NCBI GenBank assembly: GCA_963677765.1
Contig: OY782392.1
Coordinates: 750,001-782,000 of the forward strand
DNA from: Candidatus Saccharimonadota bacterium
Lineage (GTDB): Bacteria > Patescibacteriota > Gracilibacteria > BD1-5 > UBA6164
DNA length: 32,000 nucleotides
Direction: 5' to 3'
Position numbers and translations under genes: made by a program. This document shows positions 21,409 to 31,988 of this stretch, one piece after another; position 1 is the stretch's first letter; every line of letters starts with the position of its first letter. The notes below the pieces were generated by a model. It was not told the origin of the DNA and searched no databases. It saw only the letters and a program-made list of their open reading frames with translations.

Positions 21409-21437
21409 AAAAGACAGATTATAATCTGTCTTTTTTA
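21407..21437. terminator. Bidirectional terminator between the hydrolase gene (+) and the 186-aa gene (-)
   Basis: aaaagacagatt (21409-21420) pairs with aatctgtctttt (21424-21435) around the loop ata. The minus-strand stop at 21435-21437 lies at its edge. Confidence 0.65.
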
Positions 21438-21995
21438 TATGTTTTTAAAACTATCTATTTTTGCTTCTCATTTTACTATTAGATATATGTGATATGGAGA
21501 TTGAATTATTCATTTTCATATATTATATAGTCCATCTAATCAAGCGTAAATACTATTAGCACTTCATAAAGCAAATCATAATATATGCTCATGAATCAAT
21601 TTTGGATTTTTAGCTGTATTTATAAGTTTTTCTGGTAAAAATTTTTCAATTTCATTTGTTATATTATTTATATCAAGATTCTTTTCTATATCATCTTTTA
21701 GTGACATTATTTCAATATGAACTTTATTTTCAATTGATTCTTGAGCTCATTTTAATATTAAGAAAAGTTTTTCTTGTTCTTGATTTTTTAGTTTATCGAA
21801 AAAATCATTTCATGATTTATTTAATTCTATTTTTAATTGTTCTAATCATCTAGAAGTATCAAATTTTATCAACTCTTTTGTTTTTGATTTTTCAATTCAA
21901 TAATTTTTAGATATTTCATTAGATAGTTCTTCTAACAAAATATCTTTATTGTCTTTTTTTTGTTCAAAAGTAGAATTATTTTTTTCAATACTCAT
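21435..21995 (-). CDS. Hypothetical protein, 186 aa
   Basis: ATG 21995, 10 nt after the upstream TPR gene's stop, to TAA 21437-21435; frame checked open. The N-terminal two thirds are helical and charged, and the C-terminal part is glycine-rich (GFALGSANSIYAGLDGLYNIGKGII). I recognise no family. Confidence 0.55.
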
Positions 21996-22005
21996 TTTTT
22001 ATTTA

Positions 22006-23523
22006 TTATTTTTTATTATTCATCTTTTTTAGAGTTTGATCAATCCAATATTCTATAGTTTCTTGATATTCTCTATTTTTATCTAAATCTAATGATTTTT
22101 TAAAACTTTTCAATGCATCTTCATAATTTTCTTTTTTTGATTGATAAATTCAGTTTACCATTTGTATCATTGGGTTTTCAGGATTTATCTCTATTCATTT
22201 TTTTATATTTGTTTCAATTATTCTTTCTTGTATTGTACTTATTTCTTCTTTTTGTAACATTATCCATGCATGGTATCAGTAAAAAATTTCTGATTCTTTA
22301 AATTTCGTTTTTGCTTTTTCACTTATTATGGCTGCATTATCAAGGTCTCCATTTATTATATGATAATAAACTGCTAGGTGAAAATCTCTTATATTTAGTT
22401 TATCTGATTCTAATTCTACTAGCTCTCTAAATGTTTTTAGCATTTTTTCTCTATCATCTATTTCAAAATATATAAAAATTAATCTTCTTTTTATATCTTC
22501 TATATCACTATATCATATATTTATAGCTTTACTAAAATGTATAACACTAAGTACATATTCATTTAATTTTTCATAAACTCTTCATGTAAAATAACTCATT
22601 TCTGGGTCTTTTGTTTCAATTTTATTATATTCTATCAAAAAATCTCTAGCTTCTATATAGTTTCAAAGTTCGTAAGCGCTTTTTGCTGCTATTTTTAATA
22701 CAGGTTTATATCATTTGTTTTCATTTAAAATATTTTTTGATGTTTCTAAAGCTACTTTATAAAATCAATTTTGATAATAAGCTCAGCTTATTAAAGCTGC
22801 TTTATAAACTAAATCATCAATTTGAAAATTCTCATAGTTAACAAAAGCATTATTTATTGTTTCTAAATTTTCATTTAATTCAATTTTTGTAGTATTATCT
22901 TCATTATTGTTATCTTCTTCTATTTTTTGGAAAAAATCTTGAAATTTTTGTCTACAAAGTGAAAAATCTTGAGTACAAGTTATAGAGTTTTTATAATAAA
23001 AGTTATCTTGTTCACTAAAATTAAAGCTATCAATTTCATTATTTATATCTCTTATACTTCATGTATTTGTTATATCTACAGAGTTTATATAACTATAAAG
23101 TGCAATTTTTTTATCTATTTGAGGGTAGTCTTTTATATTTGAATAAAACTCATATGCTCTAGAATAGTTTCATAATTTATAATATATATCTCATATTTTT
23201 TTATTTACTTCCTTATCTCAAGGAACATTTCTATATACTTGTAAATATTGTGTAAGAGCAGTAGTATATTCTTTATTTGAGAAATATAAATCTCATCTTG
23301 TTATTAAACCTTTTAATTCAATTTTTTTTCTTAATTCTTCTAGTCTTTTATTTGCTTCTTTTGAATCATTTTTATTGTTTTCTTCTTCTAATTCTTTTTC
23401 TATATTATCTAAATATCAGTCACTATACTCTATAATTCATTCATTTGTTTGAGTATTATTACAGCTATTTAATAAAAAAGATAGAATTATAAAAATAACA
23501 ATACTAAAAATTTTTTTATTCAT
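22006..23523 (-). CDS. TPR-repeat lipoprotein, 505 aa
   Basis: ATG 23523, TAA 22008-22006, frame checked open. The lipobox is MNKKIFSIVIFIILSFLLNSC. There are repeated TPR-like units (GDLYFSNKEYTTALTQYLQVY, GDIYYKLGNYSRAYEFY, AKSAYELGNYIEARDFL, NGIYQSKKENYEDALKSFKKSLDLD). Confidence 0.7.
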
Positions 23524-23663
23524 TTGTATTTGTTTTACAATTAAAAATCATAAATCTATTTTATATTTTAGCTAGTTTTTGTAAAGAGTTTTTATTTTAA
23601 ATGAGTTTACAAAGCAAAAAAATAAATTAAACTAAAACTATCTATATTATTAAATTTTAAAAA

Positions 23664-25151
23664 GTGTATAAAAAAGTAGCTTCAAATACTATATCCCAAA
23701 TATTTTCAAAAGTAGTAACAGCAATTATTGCTATATTTTTGATTAGTATATTAACAAATTATTTATCTTTATGAATGTATGGTCTTTATACCAAGATTTA
23801 TAATTATATTTGAATATTTGTTTTTTTAGCTGATTTATGACTTTATGCTATTTCTATTAGAGAAATATCGAATAATAAAAAAGACTCTGCAAAAATTGTT
23901 TGAAATGTCATGACATTGAGATTTATTTTATGAATTTTTATACTATTTATTTCAGTAGCTATAGCTTTTTTTATTCCATGATATAATTCTTTATTGGCTA
24001 TTCTTGCTATACTTATAGCTTCTATATTTACTATATTACAACTCATTAACTCTTCAATATTAGCTTTAATGCAAGCTAATATGAAAGTAGAATTTTCAGC
24101 TATTAGTCTTATATTTTGAAAAATTATAAATTTATTATTAATAGCTTCAATTGCTTACTTTTTTTATCCCAAAGAACTAATTGATAATTATTTTGATCCT
24201 TTTTTATATATAATGTTTGCTTGAGTTGTTAGTGTTTGAATTAATACATTACTTAATTATATATATGCTAGAAAAATTGTTAAATTTTGATTCGCTTTTG
24301 ATTGGTGATATATTAAGCATTTATTTAAAATTTCTTTACCTTATGGTATAGCTTTATTTTTATCAGTAGTTTATTTTAAGGTAGATGTTATATTGTTATC
24401 TATATTGGAATGACCAGATTTGTGAGATAAAAGTATAGCTTTGTATAGTTTACCTATGAAAATAGTAGAAGTTATAATGGTTTTATGATGATTTTATATG
24501 ACTTCTATCTTACCTAGTTTAGCAAAATCATTTAAAGATAATTCAACTGATAAATTAAAAGAAATATTAGATATTTCATTCAAAGTTTTATTCTGATTTG
24601 CATCAATTATATTTGTTTTGGGTATATTATTTAGAGATTACTTAGTTTTAATAATAGCAAATAAAGATTATTTAATAACTGATCATTTATATAATTCTAG
24701 TGATGCTTTTATTATAGTGATGTGAGTTGTTTTATTTTATTTTATATCTTTAGTATTTATCTATAGTCTAGTTGCTTCAGAAAATCAAAATAAATTATTA
24801 AAGATAAATATAATAATAACAATATTTAATATAATTTGAAATATTATATTGATACCAAAATATAGTTTTATATGAGCATGAATAACTACCTTATTATCAC
24901 AAATATTTTTATTTATATTAGGGTTTTATTATACTAAAAAAATAATTTCTTTTAGACTTCCTTATTTGTTTATATTAAAAACTACAATATTTTCTTCTAT
25001 TATTTTATTATTATGATTTATTGTCTTAAATAATTATAATGTAAGTCTTTATTTTGATTTTTTTGTGTATTGATTTTGATTTTTTATATTATTTTTCTTA
25101 TACTTCTTGTTTACATTTAGATGACTTATTAAAAATAATTTGCATAAATAA
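23664..25151 (+). CDS. MOP-superfamily oligosaccharide/polysaccharide flippase (Wzx-like), 495 aa
   Basis: GTG 23664 is the first possible start after an in-frame TAA at 23658; the stop is TAA 25149-25151. The protein is polytopic. Its start, YKKVASNTISQIFSKVVTAIIAIFLISILTNYLSLGMYGLY, is typical of Polysacc_synt-type flippases. Confidence 0.75.
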
Positions 25152-25154
25152 AAA

Positions 25155-25190
25155 AAAATTTTAGAATTCTATTCTAAAATTTTATTTTTT
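25155..25190 (+). terminator. Intrinsic terminator after the flippase gene
   Basis: aaaattttagaat (25155-25167) pairs with attctaaaatttt (25171-25183), followed by a T-run. Confidence 0.65.
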
Positions 25191-25201
25191 ATAAAATCTA
25201 T

Positions 25202-27334
25202 ATGGAAGAGGTTAGTTTTCTCACACAAACTTTATCAGTTTTGAGTTTATTAGTTATATGTTCTTTTTCTTATATTATCAGTAAAAAAATCAATTTCCCA
25301 TACACTGTTTTATTAGTTCTTGTATGAATAATACTTGTGCCTATTTCAAAAATAGGTATTTTTTCTTTTATTGATGATTTTAGATTAACTCCTGAATTGT
25401 TATTTTTTGTATTTTTACCTGTTTTATTATTTGAGGCAGCATATAATATAAACTATAGGCAGCTTATAACCAATTGGAAGTCAATAACTTGATTAGCAGT
25501 ATTTTGATTATTAATATCTACATTATTGGTATCAAGTTCATTATATTTTATTTTTCCATTTATATGACTTGAAATACCATTTCTAGTATGTTTATTATTT
25601 TGAGCTCTTATATCGGCTACAGATCCGGTTGCAGTTTTATCTATTTTTAAATCTCTTTGAGCCCCTAGAAGATTGACAATTCTTTTTGAAGGGGAAAGTT
25701 TATTTAATGATTGAACAGCTGTTGCATTATTTTTTGTTATATTATGACTTATATTAGAGTGAGGTGATATAACATGAATGACATATTTAGAATGAACATT
25801 GAGCTTTTTATCAATGGTTGTCTTATGAATAATATTCGGTTGATTTATGTGAGTATTATTTAGTAAAGTAATTTGATATATAAAAAACAATGAAGAAGTT
25901 GAAATCGTTTTAACTATGCTTTTGGCTCATATTACTTTTATATTGGCTGAACTAGTTACTCATTTTTTCCCGATGATTCCTATATCTTCTGTTATAGCAA
26001 CTGTAATTGCTTCTTTGATTATATGAAATTATTGAAGATATAAAATTACTCCAAGAGTAGAAATTCATATGCAAAAATTTTGGGAATTTTTTGCTTTTGT
26101 ATCTAATTCAATTGTTTTTATATTGATGTGATTAATCCTTTCAAATATAGATGTTGATTTATCTCTTTTTGTTTTACCTGTAATTATATCAATACTTGTT
26201 GTTATGACAGCTAGAGTTATATCTGTTTATATACCAATATGAATAATTAATTGATTCAAAATGGAGGAAAAAATACCTCATTCTTGGATGGTTTTATTGT
26301 CTTGGTGAAGTCTTAGATGAGCTATAGCTTTAGTAATGGTGCTTTTAATACCATGAGCTTGAGATCCTTGATATGAAAAAATGTTAGCTTTTCAAGAAAT
26401 GGTATCTTGGAATTACAGTTTTTCTATAAAAGATTTTATTCTAGTTCTTACTATATGAAGTATAATGTTTACTCTTTTTATAAAAGCGCCAACTATACCA
26501 TATATAATGAGAATGTATAAGGTTGATAAGCTTCATAGGTTAGAAGAGTTTGAATATGAAGAATGAAAAATATTAGCTAATCTTAGGATATTACAAAAAC
26601 TTAATACATCTTTTAAAAAAGCTTATTTAACTCAGGTTGAATTTGATGAATTACAATGAAAATATAGTGAAAAATTAAATAAAGCTGTTGAAAATATGAA
26701 AAATATATTAAATAGAAAATGAGTAGATTCATATTCATTAACAAAAAGAGCTTTATCATTACATGCTTTATGAATAGAAAAACAATATTTAAAAGAGTTA
26801 TATTTTTATAATGAAATAGATGAAAAAAACTTTAAATATATATTAAGAAAAATAGAAAAACAAACTGAAAGACTTGAAAAATCAAATGAACAATTGAGAA
26901 GTATATCAAAAATGGAAAATGATTATGATATCTTTATTAGATTTGTTTTAAATATGTATAAAAGAACTTCTACAGATTTAGATTCATACATAAGAAATAG
27001 AACAAGAATGATAATTACAAGAAAAGTTATAAAAGAACTTAGAGTTTTATCTGAAACAGAGCTATGATTTGATAAAAAAATGTTTGATGAGATAATTGAT
27101 TTATATGCATGATTCAATAAACAAGCAGATGAAAAAAGAATAAAAATATTTGCTTCACATAAAGCAACTATAAATGCTATTGAATCTAGATTGATAAATA
27201 AATCATTATTAAAGTTAGAAGAAAAAACTATAAAAGATTTATATAATAAAGAAATAATAACTCCAAAATTATATATAAAATTTATGGAAGAAATAGAAAC
27301 AGAAATGTATAGTGATGTTAAAAAATTTAGCTAA
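25202..27334 (+). CDS. nhaP: CPA1-family Na+/H+ antiporter (NhaP-type) with a long cytoplasmic C-terminal domain, 710 aa
   Basis: ATG 25202 to TAA 27332-27334. The C-terminal third was checked codon by codon. Motifs seen: LFGALISATDPVAVLSIF, FEGESLFNDGTAVALF, LSWGSLRGAIALV. Confidence 0.9.
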
Positions 27335-27335
27335 T

Positions 27336-27366
27336 AAAAAAGATTGTTTTTAAAACAATCTTTTTT
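27336..27366 (+). terminator. Intrinsic terminator after nhaP
   Basis: The near-perfect palindrome aaagattgtttt/aaaacaatcttt is followed by a T-run. Confidence 0.65.
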
Positions 27367-27428
27367 AATTGCAAAAATTAGAATAATTGTTAAATTTATA
27401 CTAGTATATAAAAATAATAAAACTAAAA

Positions 27429-28115
27429 ATGAAAATAGATAATCTTACATTATCTTTTAGAAATAAAGTTATTCTAAAAGATATAGATATAGAGATAAAA
27501 ACATGAGAATTTGTTTTTATTATATGACATTCAGGTAGTTGAAAGACATCTCTTATTAGGTCTTTGATATGAGATTTTGTTCCTGAAAGGTGAGATATAA
27601 TTCTTGATAGTAATCTTGCGCTATATAAATGAATGACAAAAGAAACTATACTTTCATATAGAAGAGATATTTGAGTTATATTTCAAGATTATAAATTACT
27701 AGAATCAAAAAAAGTTTATGAAAATGTAGCTTTTGCTATGGAAGTTTGTTGATATAGTGATTCTTTGATTAGAAAAAAAGTTCCTGAAGCTTTGGAAAAA
27801 GTAGGTCTTTTAATTAAAAAAGATAAGTTTGTATTTGAGTTAAGTTGATGAGAAAAACAAAGAGTAGCAATTGCTAGAGCTTTGGTTCATGATCCAAAAA
27901 TAATTATTTGAGATGAGCCAACATGAAACCTCGATCCTGAAACAGCAAAAGAAATAATGGATATATTTCTTGATTTAAATGCTGAATGAAAAACTGTTAT
28001 AATGGCTACACATGATTCAAATATAGTAAATAATATGAAAAAGAGAGTTATTACTTTTCATGATAGAAAAGTAATAAGTGATAATGAGAAATGAAATTAT
28101 AATTTAGCTATATAA
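27429..28115 (+). CDS. ftsE: FtsE-like ABC ATPase, 228 aa
   Basis: ATG 27429 to TAA 28113-28115. Walker A is GHSGSGKTS (27523-27549, two of its three Gly are TGA). The signature is LSGGEKQRVAIARAL, Walker B is IIIGDEPTGNLD and the H-loop is ATHD. Confidence 0.85.
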
Positions 28116-28116
28116 A

Positions 28117-28150
28117 AAAATAAACCAACTTATACTGGTTTATTTTTTTT
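28117..28150. terminator. Terminator shared by the convergent ftsE and nth genes
   Basis: aataaacca (28119-28127) pairs with tggtttatt (28136-28144), followed by a T-run. The nth stop (28130-28132) lies in the loop. Confidence 0.6.
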
Positions 28151-28768
28151 GTAATATTTACATTTATCACTAAAAGGGCATGTTTCACATTTTGGTTTTC
28201 TAGCTATACAATGATATCTTCAAAATAGTACCAATGTATTGTGTAACATAGAGTGATTGTCTTTTGTAAATCAAGAACTTATTTTTTTGTCTGTTTCTAG
28301 AGGAGTTTTAGTATTTACTAATCATAGCCTATTTAAAACCCTATGTACATGTGTATCTACTCATATATATGGAGCATCTTCTATTACAGCTAAAAAAACT
28401 TTTGCTGTTTTAATTCATACTCATGGTAGTTTTACTAATTCTTCTATAGTTTTAGGAACATTTGAATCATATTCTTCATAAAGAATTCTAGAAGTTTCTT
28501 TTATGTTTTTTGCCTTATTGTTAAAAAATGATATAGAATTTATAAATTCTTTGATATAGTCTAAATCCATATTAACTCAATCAATAGGTTGTTTTAAAAA
28601 GTTAAAAAAATTCCTATTTACTATATTTACTTGTTTATCTGTTGCTTGAGCGGACATAAGTATTGCAATTAACAATTGAAACTCATTTGTATAGTATAAT
28701 TCTGTTTTTGCATCAGGGAACATTTCGTTTAATTTTTTTGCGAATTCTGGTATATCTTTTTTTAGCAT
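28130..28768 (-). CDS. nth: Endonuclease III (Nth), 212 aa
   Basis: ATG 28768, TAA 28132-28130, frame checked open. The HhH-GPD motif reads LVKLPGVGIKTAKV...VDTHVHRVLNRLG. The 4Fe-4S motif is C-x6-C-x2-C-x5-C (CIARKPKCETCPFSDKC). Confidence 0.9.
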
Positions 28769-28835
28769 TATTAAAATTAGAAAAATTGTATATTGTATAT
28801 ATAATAATAAAAATTTGTTAATTTAAAAGTAAAAA

Positions 28836-29606
28836 ATGTTTTATAAAGAATGATTTTTCTTAGATAAGGAATTGTGAAATAATGCTTTTTCCTTTGATAT
28901 AAGAAAAAATAAAAAACTATATATACCAAGTATAATTGATATAGATATAAATGATCTTGATAAAATAGAAATACAAGATGATAAATCAAAAATAGCATTT
29001 GAAGATTTTGATTTTGATGATAATTTATCAACAAATTATGGTCTTAAAAATTTTTATAGAATAAAAGTTAAATGAAAAGAAATTATATTATTTGATAATC
29101 ATAATCATGCTTTTTATTTCTGGTATGAGGCAAGAAATAAATGATTAATTTGAGATAATAACCTTTTATTTCATATAGATGAACATGCTGATACTAGAGA
29201 TAATAATAAATATATATCTAAAGAAGATTCATCGGATTTATCAAAAGTTTTTGAGTTTACTAATTATGTTTTAAATGTAGGGGATTATATTATTCCTGCA
29301 GAAAAAGAATGAATTATATGAAAAACTATTCAGATTAGAAATACTAAAAATTTAAATGATTATGTTTCTAATTATTATTGAAAACTTTTAGATAAAAATG
29401 ATACTAGGGGAGTTATTTTAAATTTAGATTTAGATTTTTTTCAACCAGATTTAGATTTTATAGATTATGATTTGAAAAAAAAGGTAGTTCTTGATGCTTT
29501 TCATAAGGCTGATTTTGTAACTATTTGCACATCACCATTTTTTATAAATCAAAAATTAGCAATAGATGTATTTAAAGATATATTTTGAAAATTATCTAAC
29601 GATTAA
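28836..29606 (+). CDS. UPF0489-like protein (HxDxHxD metal-site motif), 256 aa
   Basis: ATG 28836 is the first start after an in-frame TAA at 28830; the stop is TAA 29604-29606. The segment ILFDNHNHAFYFWYEARNKGLI...LLFHIDEHADTRD resembles the UPF0489 (C5orf22-like) signature as I remember it. Confidence 0.55.
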
Positions 29607-29677
29607 TAAAAATATTTTGTTGATTAAAATATAAAAATAGATATTATTTTATATATTTTATTTCTTTGAAATTATTT

Positions 29678-29705
29678 TTGACATAATAATAAAAATAAAT
29701 AAAAT
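29678..29705 (+). promoter_or_regulatory. Candidate trxA promoter
   Basis: TTGACA (29678-29683), a 16-nt spacer, then TAAAAT (29700-29705). Confidence 0.4.
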
Positions 29706-29711
29706 AAATTA

Positions 29712-29730
29712 AATGAGAATTATTCTCATT
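29712..29730 (+). promoter_or_regulatory. Perfect 9-1-9 palindrome in the trxA leader (operator or 5'-UTR hairpin)
   Basis: The sequence is aatgagaat t attctcatt. It lies between the candidate -10 box and ATG 29759. Confidence 0.35.
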
Positions 29731-29758
29731 ATCTTATATAATTAATAATATGTAAATT

Positions 29759-30070
29759 ATGACATTAGTATTAAATAATGAAAATTTTGCTGAAACAATA
29801 AAAGAAGGTGTAACTTTAGTAGATTTTTGGGCTGAATGGTGTGGACCTTGTCAAATGATGTTACCAATATTAGATGAATTTTCTTCTTTAATGGAAGGAA
29901 AAATGAAAGTTGCTAAAGTAAACGTTGATGAATGTGGTGATATAGCTGGACAATATAGAGTAATGTCTATTCCTACATTAATTGTTTTCAAAGATGGTGA
30001 ACCAGTTGAACAATTAGTATGAGTACAACAAGTTGATAAATTAGAAGAAGTTTGTTCTAAATATTTATAA
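29759..30070 (+). CDS. trxA: Thioredoxin, 103 aa
   Basis: ATG 29759 to TAA 30068-30070. The active site is VDFWAEWCGPCQM, with both Trp encoded as TGG. The in-frame TGA at 30020 falls on the conserved Gly after ...PVEQLV. Confidence 0.95.
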
Positions 30071-30071
30071 T

Positions 30072-30105
30072 AAAAAAACTAGATTTTAAAAATCTAGTTT
30101 TTTTT
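30072..30105. terminator. Bidirectional terminator between trxA (+) and pilC (-)
   Basis: aaaactagatttt (30075-30087) pairs with aaaatctagtttt (30089-30101), with an A-run and a T-run flanking it. Confidence 0.65.
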
Positions 30106-31222
30106 ATATTACATTTACCATATTAAAGAAAGGTAACATTATAGCCATTATTAGTACTCATACTATAGATCATACTATTACAATTACTAGTGGTTCTATA
30201 GCTGTTTGTATATTTTTTACTATGTTATCAATTTCTTTATTATATTTTTTTCATATTTTTATAAGAAGACTATCTAGTTTTCAAGTAGATTCTCATATTT
30301 TTACTATAGAAGCTAACTCTATAGGAAATAAGAAGTTTTCTTTTCATGTATGTATTTCGTGAACTCACATAAGCTTACTAAGTTCAACTCATTTACTAAC
30401 TCTAGAATTTATTTCTTTTAAAGCTTTTTCATAATAATCATTTTCTAATGCCTTTGAACTTATTTCTAATGATTTATTAATTATAACTCAACTTTTTAAT
30501 AATATTCATAAACTATTAACAAATAATGCTAATGTTTTCTTTTTTATAAGAGGTCAAAATATAGGTATTCTTAGTATAAAATTATCCCAGAATATTTTTG
30601 TTTTTTTATTGGTTTTGAAAATTATAACTCATATTATGAAAAAAATAATTCATAAAACTATATATATTATATTTTCTTGTATAAAGGTTGATGTATCAAT
30701 TACTCATTGAGTTAATGCTGGTAAATTTACTTTTGAGTCTATATACATTTTTTGTATTTTTGGTATTACATAAACCATAAACACACCTATCATTATAATA
30801 GATAAACTTACTATAACTATAGGGTAAATAAGTGCTCAAATTATTTTTCATTTTAATTCTTGAGATTTTTCTTCTTTTTCTTTTATTGTTTCTATAGAAT
30901 CTCATAATTTTCATGTAACTTCTCCCATTTCTACAATAGAAACATCAAATACTCAAAAAGATTTATTATTTTTTGCAAATATTTCACTTAAACTATCTCA
31001 TTTATTTATATCATCTACTATTGTTTTTAATAATAATTTTAATTTTTTTTCTCTAGTTTGATACATTATTATCTTAAATGCATTTATAAGAGGTATTCAA
31101 GATTGAAGCAAATTAGATAATTGCTCCAAAAGATTAATTTTTTCTTTTGAGCTTATTTTTATGTTTGATTTATTATTAAATTTCTCTTTTATTTTTTCAA
31201 GAAATTGATTAATTTTTTGCAT
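30104..31222 (-). CDS. pilC: GspF/PilC-family type IV pilus / type II secretion platform protein, 372 aa
   Basis: ATG 31222, TAA 30106-30104, frame checked open. Two T2SSF repeats are present (LSNLLQSGIPLINAF...VEMGEVTGKLGDS and LGILLKSGVIINKSL...VKIGESTGKLDS), with C-terminal IEPLVIVIVGSIVGVLIMAIMLPFFNM. Confidence 0.85.
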
Positions 31223-31320
31223 CAATACTAAATTATAGTTAATTTATATTATTTTATCATTTTCCTTGAATTTTTTCAAAAAATAATATACTTAAAATAT
31301 AATTATTAAATATTTGATTT

Positions 31321-31740
31321 ATGTTTAAGTTTTTTAATGTTACAAAAAATAATCAATATAGAGATATAGATGAAGAAGAATATATTGATGAAGAAATAGA
31401 AAATCAAGAAGTAGGTCAAGTTGCTATTGATATATTGGAAACAAAAAATGAAATGATTTTATTATCACCAATAGCTTGAGTTGATTTAGATGATGTTGAT
31501 ATATCATATAATGATCAAATTTTAACTATATCTTGATATAGAAAAAGACCTGATATCTTCTCAAAAGATATAATTGTTAAGAATAGTGAATGTTTTTGGT
31601 GAGAATTTACCAGAAATATAATACTTCCAGAAAATCTAGATTTTGATAATATAAAAGCAAATTTAGATAATAATTTACTAGTTATAACTATACCAAAAAT
31701 TAGTTTTTCTAGTAGGCATATAAGAGTTGAAAAAATTTAA
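31321..31740 (+). CDS. Hsp20/alpha-crystallin small heat-shock protein, 139 aa
   Basis: ATG 31321 to TAA 31738-31740. The core reads VAIDILETKNEMILLSPIAGVDLDDVDISYNDQILTISGYRK...FTRNIILPENLDFDNIKANLDNNLLVITIPK. Confidence 0.85.
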
Positions 31741-31757
31741 TATTAATATAATTTACT

Positions 31758-31988
31758 GTGATATTTAAGAGGAAATGAGTTCATGCATGAGCAAGAAAAA
31801 TAGATAAAATAGTTACATGAGTTATAGTATGAACTGCAGTAGCTTCTATGGTATGATTATCAAAAACAAAAAAATGAAAAAAAATCACTCAAAAATTATG
31901 AGAAAAGGGAACATGATTATTTAAAAAGTCATATAGCTACTTTGGTAAATGCTTAGTTTGAACTATTAATTTTTTAAAGAAAAAATAA
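31758..31988 (+). CDS. Possible small YtxH-like membrane protein, 76 aa (GTG start)
   Basis: The frame is open from GTG 31758 to TAA 31986-31988 with 11 TGA=Gly codons. There is one hydrophobic segment (IVTGVIVGTAVASMVGL) followed by a K-rich tail. The start codon is uncertain and there is no strong family signature. Confidence 0.35.

Noticed and set aside
23578-23613. Inverted repeat tttgtaaa ... tttacaaa in the TPR/flippase divergent region as an operator
   Set aside because: The arms are only 8 bp, almost pure A/T, with a 20-nt spacer. This is easily produced by chance at this base composition.
25453-25890. 145-aa minus-strand ORF from the supplied track
   Set aside because: It is antisense to the nhaP core, which carries ATDPVAV and FEGESLFNDG in the plus frame. 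It has no family signature and exists only because TGA was treated as a stop on the true coding strand.
31775-31807. ATG right after the aagagga purine tract as a gene start
   Set aside because: That frame closes after 10 codons (atg agt tca tgc atg agc aag aaa aat aga taa), and the spacing to the putative RBS is only 1-2 nt. The overlapping GTG-initiated frame is longer, and I kept it at low confidence.
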